A stretch of DNA of 64,000 nt from Vicugna vicugna. Its lineage: Eukaryota. Where the stretch lies: assembly GCA_013265495.1 (NCBI GenBank), contig MU059072.1:806001-870000 (forward strand), in the 5' to 3' direction. A model generated the notes under the pieces. The model saw only the letters and a program-made list of their open reading frames with translations. It had not been told where the DNA came from and searched no databases. The position numbers and the translations under genes are program-made. Below, piece after piece: positions 11,594 through 22,715 of this stretch (its first letter is position 1; each line of letters starts with the position of its first letter).

Positions 11594-12275
11594 GTGTTAA
11601 GAATCCTTTGGTTGTAAGTAGAAATCTACATTCACTTAATATATTTTATGTATGACAGTTCATGGGCAAACTGTTTCAACAGGACATGACTTCTGTTTCC
11701 TCCATGTTTACTCTCAGGCAGGCCCTCTCCAGTTGGTGAACCGTGAAAACTTTAGACTTTTATTCTCCAAACTTCAACTCCAACATGAAAGGGAGGCAGG
11801 GAAAGATGGAGCGGGAGAGAGGGGGAGAGGGGCAGAGGGGCAGGGAGGATGGGAATAAAGGAATCATTTTTTCTGTTTCTCCAGCAAACATTGGGGATTG
11901 GCTCTTATTGGGCCATGCTGAGTTACATTCCCGTCCTAACCAATAACTGTGGCTCAAGAATTTGAAACAATGATTGCCTTGACCTAGATCACATGCCAAA
12001 CCTGAGGAGCTGGGGTGGAATCAGTCCACCAAAATTACATGTACTATATTCAATAACTTGTAATAACCTATAATAAAAAAGAATATATATGTTTAACAGA
12101 ATCACTATGCTGTACACCAGAAACTAACACAACATTGTAAATCAACTATACTTAAGTTAAAAAAAAAATTACATGTACTCAAAGAAGAGGGGTGGAGTAA
12201 TTCCTAAAGAAAAAGGTAGAGTTGAGAAGAATTGGATGCTGAACAAGAAAGGAGAAAAGCAGTGGATGTATACCT
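11594..12275 (+). mobile_element. MaLR LTR (MLT1K-like) containing a nested L1 fragment
   Basis: gttaagaatcctttggttgtaagt start; ctaaccaataactgtggc...gatcacatgcc...ggggtggaatcagtccaccaaa; resumes after 12179. Confidence 0.55.
12046..12164 (+). mobile_element. Short L1 3'-end insertion with a perfect 15-bp TSD
   Basis: TSD AAAATTACATGTACT at 12031-12045 and 12165-12179. Body ends ctgtacaccagaaactaacacaacattgtaaatcaactatact followed by poly(A). Confidence 0.88.
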
Positions 12276-12298
12276 TACAATTTATTGAAGAGACTTTA

Positions 12299-12930
12299 TT
12301 ATTATATTTTAACATTTTTTATTGAGTTACAGTCATTTTACAATGTTGTGTCAAATTCCAGTGTAGAGCCCAATTTTTCAGTTACACATGAACATACATG
12401 TATTCATTGCCACATTTTTTTTTCACTGTAAGCTACCACAAGATCTTGTATATATTCCCTGTGCTATACAGTATGATCTTGTTTATCTGTCGTACATTTT
12501 GAAATCCCAGTCTGTCCCTTCCCACCCCCTGCCCCCTTGGCAACCACAAGTTTGTATTCTGTCTATGAGTCTGTTTCTGTTTTGTATTTATGTTTTTTTT
12601 TTAAGATTCCACATATGAGTCATCTCATATGGTATTTTTCTTTTTCTGGCTTACTTCACTTAGAATGACATTCTCCAGGGACATCTATGTTGCTGCAANN
12701 NNNNNNNNNNNNNNNNNNNNNNNNNNNNNNNNNNNNNNNNNNNNNNNNNNNNNNNNNNNNNNNNNNNNNNNNNNNNNNNNNNNNNNNNNNNNNNNNNNNN
12801 NNNNNNNNNNNNNNNNNNNNNNNNNNNNNNNNNNNNNNNNNNNNNNNNNNNNNNNCTTTGAAGTAGGGTTCCTTCTGGATATATGCCCAGGAGTGGGATT
12901 ACTGGGTCATGTGGTAATAGACTTACCATA
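12299..12930 (-). mobile_element. Young 5'-truncated L1 with a 13-bp TSD; contains the assembly gap
   Basis: TSD TGAAGAGACTTTA at 12286-12298 and 12931-12943. L1 3' UTR motifs (ggcaaccacaagtttg, cttacttcacttagaatgac, ggatatatgcccaggagtgggatt). Confidence 0.9.
12699..12855. other. Assembly gap (157 N)
   Basis: Run of N characters. Confidence 1.
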
Positions 12931-14177
12931 TGAAGAGACTTTAGAATCCAAGATTGTTTTTTTCCCCTCATGAATTTGCTTTTGGTTTCTTCATATAAAC
13001 CTTTATACCAGTCTAGAATTTTGAACTCATTTCTCTAATGGGTTCTTATTTGTGGCCAAAAGACTCTTGTTTACAGAGTACCATATCTGGAAGGGACCTT
13101 TGGGATAGTTTAGCACAATTTCCTTTCTTTCATTAATGAAGAAATGAGACCTAAAGAGGTTAAGTGAGGTGTGAAGCTTTTACCATGAGTTATGATGGAC
13201 CTCAGGTTAGAATCCAGCTTTTCTGCCACGCAGCCCAATGTTTTTGTTGGTATTTCAAGGCTTTTGAGTTTTTTAAAAAAAAATTCATGTGGAAGCTATT
13301 ATATAAAATTGATTTCCTTTAGAGTTGTTTTGATGGGGCCTGGTCTCCATACACTAACCATCTCCACCCCATCCTTTCTTGCCTGAGGGCCCTGAAGTAG
13401 TTCTAAGTGAACCCCATTTGAAAACTACCTTTGTAAGAGAATCATGTCAGCTGTCACCATGTCTCTCTTAGGTGGGTGGTTTAGTGGTACAGGTCCAAGC
13501 TTTGGAGTCAAATAAACCTAAGTTCAAGTTTTAGCAGTGTATGTTCTTGGCTTCTCAGATAGTTATTTACAAAATGGGAAAGTGATACCCAGGGACATGG
13601 CATTCCCTGACTCCATGCTGCCATTTGCAGTGTTTCATGTGCTGTGCACGAGGAGTGCTCTTTACATGGAATACAAACCCTCTGGATTTGTGTAAAACAA
13701 CTCTGATACAGAATCTAACTCAATAAACTTTTCTCACGATCAAAGGATATATGAAAAGTATTTGGCACAGTGTCTGGTACAAGGTAGGTGCTCAAAGAAT
13801 CTCTCTTTGGGAATTGGTGAGGAGTTAGTAAAAGTATGAAAAGCTGAGATGAGATGCTGAGAAAAGACAGATGATGTTTATCATCCTGGGCAAAGATTGT
13901 CATCTGTGAAAGGTTTCAAGAAGCTTACTTCAAAACTTGCTATAAAAATTCAGTTTTTTGCCAGGTAGTTTGGAAATTGGTTCACCAGTGTGTCTATTTC
14001 ATGTGTCTTATACCTGAGTGCAAACACTTAAGTTATTGAATGTTGTTCTATATTTATATAGATAACTGAATATTATCCCATTAGTTTCTGTCAAGTCTTA
14101 TAAAATAAAATGACAAAATTTGAAAGATATCTTTACTAAATGTAAAAGCCCTAAACTGCTTGTATTGTTTGTTTCAG

Positions 14178-14276
14178 CTGATTCCAGAAATTTCCTCCTT
14201 GACCTGGTTTACCACCATTGTGCCTTTGGTCCTGGTGGTCACTATGACAGCTGTCAAAGATGCCACAGATGATTAT
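14178..14276 (+). CDS. ATP8B4: ATP8B4 coding exon (99 nt, phase 0-0): LIPEISSLTWFTTIVPLVLVVTMTAVKDATDDY (TM2)
   Basis: Acceptor tgtttgtttcag|CTG; donor TAT|gtaagt. Continues the frame of the previous exon. Not in the ORF track because it is too short. Confidence 0.97.
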
Positions 14277-15257
14277 GTAAGTATTTGCTTTTGAGCATTC
14301 CTGAGGTCTCGATTTCAGTCGTGACCTCTCAGAAGTAGGAAACAGAGATCCATTAGAAATTTTTGAATGGCTCTCTTTTGGTCAATACCATATGAAACTC
14401 TTTTACTACTTGTTTAATAATTAATATAGGTGTCACAGAACCAGACTGTGTTTATGATTACAGCAGGGGGGCTTCAGTAACTAGGCTCACTCCCTCATTT
14501 TACACACGAGGAAACTAAAGCCTATAAGGAACAAATGATTTGCTAATGGTCATGCAACCATTAGTGGTGAGACCAGAATTGGTACAGAAACTTGCTTCCA
14601 CCCAGTGAAGTATTATTTATCCTGTATCTCAAGTCTTCTTAGTTTTGGGAATTGGTAGATGTTAGGCATTCTCACATCTTCTGCTCATTATGCCAGGAAT
14701 TACAAAGTCAAATAACTTCAAAGTTGGACAGCTAATGTACATAACTAAGGTAGAAGACAATGGAGAGTTTTGAAGTCTCCATAATCCATAGGGGGTTATT
14801 CAAATTCGAAGATTTAAAGCGCAGTCTTGGGCAAACCAAACATTCTAAATGCAGACAAGTTATATTCTCACCCTAGGTAATTGCATGTGCCCTAACCTTA
14901 ATAGCTACCTGTATGGCAGTGCCTGGCAGGTGTATATCTCCTCTGAACTCATGCCTTCGATGACCACTTCTGGTCCTTCCAGACTCCATCAGTTCCAGTG
15001 CCAATACCCCTTGACGAAGTCTGAGCAGAATTGAGAGTGTGGTCCCATCCTGGTGCCTAGAGAGTGGGCCACATAGCTTTCAGGTGGTGAACTGCTCAGT
15101 CCTTTCCTGTGATGCCAGCTAGTCAGTTTAGGGGACCATTTTCAAGTTACATAGAGATGTTACTCAATATCAAGTCTCCTTTTGTCTCTACTGCAATTAA
15201 AGCTTGAATATATGTTTCTTTTTGTGATAACATGTGCTGATTTAACAACCAAATATC

Positions 15258-15700
15258 TTTAGCAGACAGGGTCTTGGCTAGAAGTAGGTGTCACCTTGGA
15301 ATGGGGGAAGATTGGAGAAAGATTAATAATGAAGGGACTGTTTACGAGGGCGTGAGTGAGGAAGAGCACATAGGGTAGCAACGTAGGTGGCAATACTACA
15401 TCTAGGTCTGAAGGGGCGCAGGGAGGGAGCAGTGACCAGACCTGGAGCTGTAGTCGAGGGCTGTCCCTAGAGGAAGCAACCACTGTGGACCCAGCTCAGA
15501 AGAAGCCAGGGAATGTACAGCCCATTTCACTCTCCTCTGGGCCTGTGATTTTCTGTCAGTAACATGCATTGGCCAAACCCAATCAGCAGTTCAAAGGATG
15601 AGAATTAAATAGGCCAGCTTCCCCTGGCCCAGGGCAGAGTGAGGGAGGCCCAGGGAGGAGGCTAGGGTGGAGATATGGAGGAGCAAACAGAGAATGTCTA
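15258..15700 (-). mobile_element. ERVL solo LTR (LTR33-like)
   Basis: cattggccaaacccaatcag...ggccagcttcccctggcccagggcagagt...ggagatatggaggagcaaacagagaatgtc resembles the reverse complement of the recalled LTR33 start. Confidence 0.55.
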
Positions 15701-16881
15701 CCCCTGTCAAATTATAGCTTCAGGCAAAATAATGTTTCCATTCCTGTTGTTCAATTGGTGGAGGGAAGTTTGTGTGCCAGTAATGGGCTGACTTAATTTA
15801 TTCCTCTACCAATGTTATGAACTCTTTTCACATTAACAAATGCTAAGTATCTTTTTTTTTCCTGTTACTATTCATTAACTTATACCTGGCAATCAGTATA
15901 ATTGTAGGCACTGAGCACAGCATAATAGGAAGACTGGGATGGGTTTGGGAGAGATTTAAAGAAGGGAAGGGGTGGTTGAAGCAATTTATATATTATGATA
16001 CTGATACAACATTATGAGTTTTTTAAAAGGAAAAATTAATAATCCTGATGATTATAATGTGTGATGTCAAAATTGTGTATCTCTTGATACTTCACCCTGT
16101 TCACCTGTGCTTTTAGGCTGATTGGTTGAAATAACACCTTATCTCTCCTTGAGCCTGTTACTGTCTGATCTTGACAGTGGATGTAGAAAGTCTTACCTGA
16201 ACGGCTGCTAATTGCTGAGTTTAGTAGAGGGCTGATAATATGTAGATTCTTTTAAGCAATGTAAGATATTTACATTACTGGACTATAAAATAAGAAATAG
16301 GATCACTTGGGCATAAAAACATAAATCCACACCAAATGTGATTCAGTATTGTATTTTGATTTTTGTTTTGAAATGCTCAGTATTTCATAAGATCACTGTT
16401 AACAATTAGAATTTCTGGAGAATGAAAATACATGTCGTTACAAGTAATGTCCTGACTTCAAAGAAGCCCATAAAACAGAATGAATGATGTTCCAGTAAAG
16501 TATTGAGCACATATGTGAAAGAATTGGAAGTCCCCATTCCTTACTGAAGACATCAAAATTAATGTATGGTTTTCTCTGAAACTATGCTGCAGAGTAAAGG
16601 GCTTATCATCTTTCCAGAGCAACTAAAAATGTATGGGAATTGGAAAAGTGTGGGACTAGACTTGCTCCATTGGTGACATCCAGAATGAGGTTTAGTGAGA
16701 AGAGTCTTTGACTCAGATTTAGAACACGTGGAACTGGGTCCAGGGTAAGCGTAAGCTGTGCTCATTTTGGACTGATGGTGATACTGTCCAGACAGACGAA
16801 TTCAGTATACTTTCAGTGTCACTCTTTGTGCTGACAAAGTATGATTTAATATGTTTTTTTCACAAACACTTTGATTTTCAG

Positions 16882-16943
16882 TTTCGCCACAAGAGTGATA
16901 ATCAAGTGAATAATCGGCAATCCGAAGTGCTCATGGACAGCAA
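16882..16943 (+). CDS. ATP8B4: ATP8B4 coding exon (62 nt, phase 0-2): FRHKSDNQVNNRQSEVLMDS(K)
   Basis: Acceptor ttgattttcag|TTT; donor CAA|gtaaga. Conserved RHKSDNQVNNR motif. Confidence 0.96.
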
Positions 16944-18611
16944 GTAAGAAATAGATTCTTTGTGTTATTTTTAAGATTTCTGGGACCACACGACAAACTT
17001 TGAGAGTTGGTGGCTTTCTCTTTTAGTTAAAGATGTGTTTCTTTCCCCCTTTAATAAAAATAATATTGTCGGTTCTTTTCATCTTCATGGCCCCTTTTCA
17101 CGTTCAGCAGACGCTTGTGCTACCCACTCGGCTTCTACTTCAAATCCCTTTGGGGTTTCTTCCGAGCAACACAGACATATTATTGCTGCTTTTCATTTCT
17201 AGATCTAATACCGTTTAGAACTGGCACAGATGTGATGCCTTGTGTGTAGTAGATGTTTCATAAGTATTTGAATCATTTATTTTGGTAATTTCTGGGGAAT
17301 ATTGCTAGAGAGCCTTTGATATGTTACTGTATCAAGTGAGTAGAAGAATTTTGCATTCACTTGATAGTTGAATTTAGAATGGATTATCCACCCTAACAGA
17401 TTTTTAATTGCTGCTAAATTCATCCATCAATTAAGAAGTATTTTGGGGAATGGTTCTTGAATCTTAAAATCTTTAAAACGTGTATTGACACACAAAGAAC
17501 ACAAGAAAAACCTCCAGAAAATGTCGTGAAAAGGTAAATTTCAAACCTTCATTCCATTGTTTCTTATTCTTTCTTTGTTCCTTTTTTTTCTAATAACAAC
17601 ATATGGCAAAGTAAATTTGTAACAGTGTACTTCAAACTGGCAGTCAGTCACATCTGCTGATGATTTTGAAGCATTTGGATACTGTGAAGAATAGAGTTTT
17701 TAAAGGGAATATCATAAAACAAATTAATCACGTGAGATGGAAAATTCCAAGAAGTGGATATCAAGAGGGGCTAGGTAGCCTAGACAGTAACTGGTAGGAT
17801 TAAGGAATGAATCTCCTTCCCTAACTAATATATTGACTGATTATTAACCATCAGTTTTCCTTTCCTTTATGGGATTATTTTCGAAAATGGTGTTAAGCAC
17901 ACAGTGAAGAAAGATGATGTTAATCTAAAACCACAGTTGTGGAAACGGAGCCTCTGAAAGTGTGATCCTGGCGTGACATGGATAAGCCATAAAGATGCCT
18001 GGAACCATGTGGTTCATTTCCAATGTCAGCAGGTTTTGAATTGCTGCCACTGTAACATGGTGTTTAAAAGCATGAGTTTTGCACTCAGAGAGACTTGAGT
18101 TTAGTCCTGACCCTGAATAATTCCGTGGCCTTGAGCAAGTTCTTAGGAGGGAAGGGTGACTCTGTGAGCTAATGTGTGTGCCTTTGAGCTGGACTGTTGC
18201 CTATCTTGATTTTCTCAAGTCTTGCAGTGCTGACTGTGTGTTAGATCTGACATTAATATGATCTAAGTCCCCAAGGAACACTTGGTAATCAGTCTTACTA
18301 CTTTGAAGTATCATCTCATATGAAGTATGTTAAAAATATGTACAATTACATAATGAATTTGAACTAACATCTTGAGTATATCTTTCAGTGTCTCAAATTA
18401 CCAGTTAAATTTTGTGGCAGTATTTGGGCAGTGATAGATATTGAGGCCTCCCTCCACCTGGAGGCCAGGGGAGTAATCCAGTAGCTTAAATATTCAGAAA
18501 CTTGAGAATTGTGTGTCTCCCATACATACTGGCTGTCACTGTCCTTATTATCAGAAGTAGTGCTGGTCTTACTTTCTTGTGGTTTCATTTGGCTTTTTGT
18601 AAATTCCTTTT

Positions 18612-18670
18612 TTAAAAAAATTATTTATTTTATTTTTTTAATTGAAGCATAGTCAGTTTACAATGTTGTG
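18612..18670 (-). mobile_element. Very short L1 3'-end fragment
   Basis: T-rich tail plus aattgaagcatagtcagtttacaatgttgtg, the same family end as the copy at 9585-10181. Confidence 0.8.
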
Positions 18671-19139
18671 CTGCTGCCTCAATAGGAATTGACAAAACTA
18701 TATTGAATATCTGTGAATTCCTTTTGAGTTAGCATCTCTTTGTAGTTTGATATGGTTTGATGTTTTGAGAATTGCTGCTGATCCAGTGAAGTTGAAGGGA
18801 GAAAGCACATTTCACTGAGAATGGAGTATTCTTTAGAATTTGGTTAGAAATCAAGCAGGATTTGTAAGATTACCCACTACCCTGAGCTTCTCTAGGGCAT
18901 CTCTCTTGATGACGTCTGTGTCCCTTGAGCCTAGCACAGTGTTGAGTGAAGTTTTAAATTGAGCAATAACAAGCATTCTTGCTGAGAGGGCAAGCTACCG
19001 GGGGATCTTCACCTGTAAAATTTTGCTGAGTCCCATCACTAGCCAATTGAAGCAGCTGATGTTGTGGTCTTTGCAGAATGCACTCGGGCTATGGAGACTG
19101 GCTTTTCACTTTTTTGATTTTGAGAAGTTGGAGAAATCA

Positions 19140-19583
19140 GATGGGCTCAGATCTGAGACAGCCCAGGGAGCTTTGAGTCCTCCTTTGGAGCTGGTGTGGG
19201 ATCTGCCCAGACCACTGCTGTCTTCCTGTGTCCACCCCCAGCTCCTGTCTGCATTGCTTCCAAGGGCTTGCTCTTGCTACTTTCTTCAGAGCACTGCCCT
19301 TGGGCTGCTGGAGCCGGTGACTGAGTGGTACGGCAGTAAGAAAGAACAGCATCTCTGCCCCAAGTTGAACAAGCTCTGAGGTGCAGTTTGTACCCCAAGT
19401 GCCTGTCCAGATCAGGCTGAGGATGGGATTTTGCCTGCAGTCATCCCATGCATGACTTCTTCCCCTTCCACGTGTTGCTTCTCATCTTCCTTACCAGTTT
19501 CTCCCAGAAGTACTTGCCTGATAAACCACCTGCATATGAATCCTCATCTCAGGATCTGCTTTTAGGGGACTTGATCTAAGACA
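19140..19583 (+). mobile_element. ERVL solo LTR (LTR16 family)
   Basis: 3' end cacctgcatatgaatcctcatctcaggatctgcttttaggggacttgatctaagaca. The 5' boundary is uncertain. Confidence 0.6.
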
Positions 19584-20837
19584 GCAGTTAATGTATACTT
19601 AATCCCATGACAATGTTCATGGAAAATATTAGAGTGCTTTTGGGTCTAGCCTAGGCACCCATGGGTTAGGATCCAGAGATAAAGTAAAAAAGCTGGTTCA
19701 GAGGAGTCCAGGGGTTGCTGATGGTGGGTGTCGCACCCGGCTGGGCACTACCAGGTACTTGTGGCTTTCCTGTGGGCTTCTGGTCGGGGTCTTGGACTTG
19801 AGGTTCATGCTAGGGTGGGAGCTGTTATTGGCTTGTCCTGGAGGGAGGGGAGGCATGGCCAGCCTTGGGGAGGAGATTTGAGGGGAAAGGGCGCGATGAC
19901 AGCACGAGTCAGGAAACATGGGTCTGTGAAAGTGATCATTGTGACTTTGGGCAATTCATTTTCCTTCTGGGCTTCAGCTCTCTCTCCTGCACACAGAAAT
20001 GAGGAAGGTAGGCAGCTGCAACCCATATTTATTGAGCAGCTTCCATGTGTGGGCTCCAGTGTGTCCGCACTTAACTCTCATAAAAGCTCGAGGGTAATGG
20101 TGCTTCATTTTAGAGATGGAGAGATTAAGGCCTAGAAAGGGGGTGACTTGTCCAGGGTTTCATGGTGAGTAAACGCCTAAATGAGGCTTCTCCTCACTCG
20201 CGACATGATGTGTAAATGTAGACTTTGTGGTCTGATCATATCTTCTCTATTTATTTTGCATTTGAAGCGCTTTTATACAATTATAGAAGTATAAATGTAA
20301 TTATATAATATGTATGTGCAATTTATCTAAATACATACAGCCTCCCTTTTAGTGCCTGGAGCATTAGTCACCCATGTTCTTAGCATTGTACAAGCTAATG
20401 AACGTTGTAAACCTAAGCCACAGAATAATTACAGAAACAAAACCCTTTATAGCCTTCCTTTTCAATTTCACATTTTTGGTTTTGTTACTCATGTTCCTTT
20501 CAAATCAGGACCAAGCTTCTGCGTTCACAGTCTTTTATAATACGTGAAAGTGCTTAAAAGGTAGGTGTCGTATTAGCCTTTGATGAAACCATTTGGTGAC
20601 TTTAGTTTTAAAGCCGAGTAGGAGGGGCTGATTCCACGTTGTAGAGATGGCTGTGCCTGCTGTAGAGGACGTGCGTGCTCTCCCCCACGCTATGAGGTAC
20701 CGTCTGCTGACTGCACCTGTGGGATCCATACCAGTGGCTACTCTGTGTTTCTCGGGAGGGTTCCTCAGGTCCTGCTGGCATCCCGGCATGGGCAGCTGAG
20801 GGGCTGTGAGAGGGAGTCTGAAATTTCCTGCAGAGGC

Positions 20838-20995
20838 CGTCCAATCTGGGGTGCCTCAACCTGGGCTACACTGTGAATCAGAGCCCAGCGAAGCCCAGTG
20901 CAAGGAACCAGGGCCTTGCAGGTGGGGCCCTGGTGGTTTTTCAAGTGTGTATGATATGATGCTTCTACTCTGCAGACCCAGTCGAGGCCATCTCT
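20838..20995. mobile_element. MER5-type hAT-Charlie MITE
   Basis: ggggtgcctcaacctgggctacactgtgaatca...ggtggggccc...ttttcaag. Confidence 0.5.
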
Positions 20996-21394
20996 TCACC
21001 CACGTATCTATCTCTGTGTCTGTATCTCTTTCACCTGAAACATCATGCAAAGGAGGGAATTCCATGAATTTTTAAAAATGGCAAGCGTAGTTTTTCACGT
21101 GAATCCTGACAGAGGAATGATTCTATAATGCTGATTTACATTTTTTTGTAGTAAGTCTCACATTTTTAGTCAAACACATGACCAATTAATAATTACTTTG
21201 CCATGTTTTTCTTTCCTTCAGAAATTCAAATTTTGATTTTTCTCATCTTCTTTTATTTCTTTGCCTGTTATGTGAGTTGTCCTCAGGGCTGAATCATGTA
21301 CTGACTCACATATTTCATTATTTTTGTTGTCCTGTCCCACCAACATTTCTAGTTGTGTGGATTTTGGTTGAGGGAAAGGAGCGTGGAGTAAGGT

Positions 21395-21711
21395 AGGTGC
21401 CCAGTTAGGGAACCTCTAGCCCCATGGGGCTCCTGAGCACTTGAAATGAAGCTGATCCAGTTTTAATTACAGTATATACCAGCTTTTGATGACTTAGTAC
21501 CAAAAAGAGAATGTAAGATATGCCATTAATTGTTTTATATTGATTCCATTTTGAAATGACAGTATTCTGTATGCATTGGGTTAAAATAAAACGTACTAAA
21601 ATTAAATTTACCTTTTAAAAAACTTTTTTGAATGTGGCTCCTAGAAAACTTACAGTTAACCTTTGTGGCCCACAGTTGTGGCTGGCATTCCATTTCTGTT
21701 GGATGGCACTG
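21395..21711 (-). mobile_element. MER33 hAT-Charlie DNA transposon
   Basis: gagcacttgaaatg...gacttagtaccaaaaagagaatgtaagatat...gggttaaaataaaa...tttctgttggatggcactg. Confidence 0.7.
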
Positions 21712-22374
21712 CTCCTAGTGACAGCAGAGGGAACTGAGCAGAGAAGAAGATGAACTCTGTGCTGTGAGCCTGGCCTCCGGATTCTCAGCTCCAGATTCTC
21801 TTCCGTCTTGTTCCCTCTTGTTCCATCTTGCTGGCTGCCAGCATGGTGGTTTGTGGCACTATTAATAAGTAGAGTCAGCGTTACTTTTTCTCAGTATTTT
21901 TACTTCCCTAACATCTTCTGAACTTATACTGCTGCACTAGAACAGTCTGAGCTCAGGCGCCCCAGTACGGTCTTCCCGCTTTCTGGTGGGGTTGTTTTCC
22001 TGACTCCCCTAGATTTCAGACTGCTCTGCCATTAGCTTTTGTCTGACACATTCAACTTTAGGATTTCCTGAGCCTTAGTGCACTTGTCTTAGGTCTCCTA
22101 AGCTCTCTCACAGCGCTGTTCCCCTCAGTCTTCTTCAGTCACTTCTCATTTAGAGATGTGAGTACTTACAGGGAGAGATGGGGCCTTTCTTTACTGCAGA
22201 GCGTTGTCTGCTCTCCTCAAGTGTAGCATCCTAGATGCCGCATAATTCTGCAAATGAATATATTATGTCAGTAGCAGCAAAATTTCTCTTGGTTTCAGTT
22301 TTTCCAGTTTGAGTGATAATCCCCACTGGATATTAGGATAGAAAATCTTGTTTAATTTTTTTCTTCAGGATATA

Positions 22375-22715
22375 GTTTTTTTTTTTCAATTATAAAATAG
22401 CATATGTCCATTAAGAGAAATTTGGAAAATAGGAAAAAAATAGAAGAAAATAACATTCATGCTCCCACTGTCCAAAAGTCATTATTACTATTTTCTTGTA
22501 TTTCCTTTGTGTCTTTTATTCCTATGCCAAGATTTCTTACAATGGTATATATATATATTTTTATCCTCCTATTTTTACTTCACATAGTGTCATTACAGTT
22601 TTCCCAGTCTCTTTCTGTTGTCTTTATATACACAATTTTTTAGGGCTGCACAATATTGTATTGAGTTCATGTCTTATAATTCATATAACCATTTCCCTGT
22701 TGCTTGATATTTAGT
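22375..22715 (-). mobile_element. Old L1 (L1ME-like) 3' fragment
   Basis: T-tail, then ataaaatagcatatgtccattaagagaaatttggaaaatag; degenerate L1ME-like 3' UTR. Confidence 0.55.
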
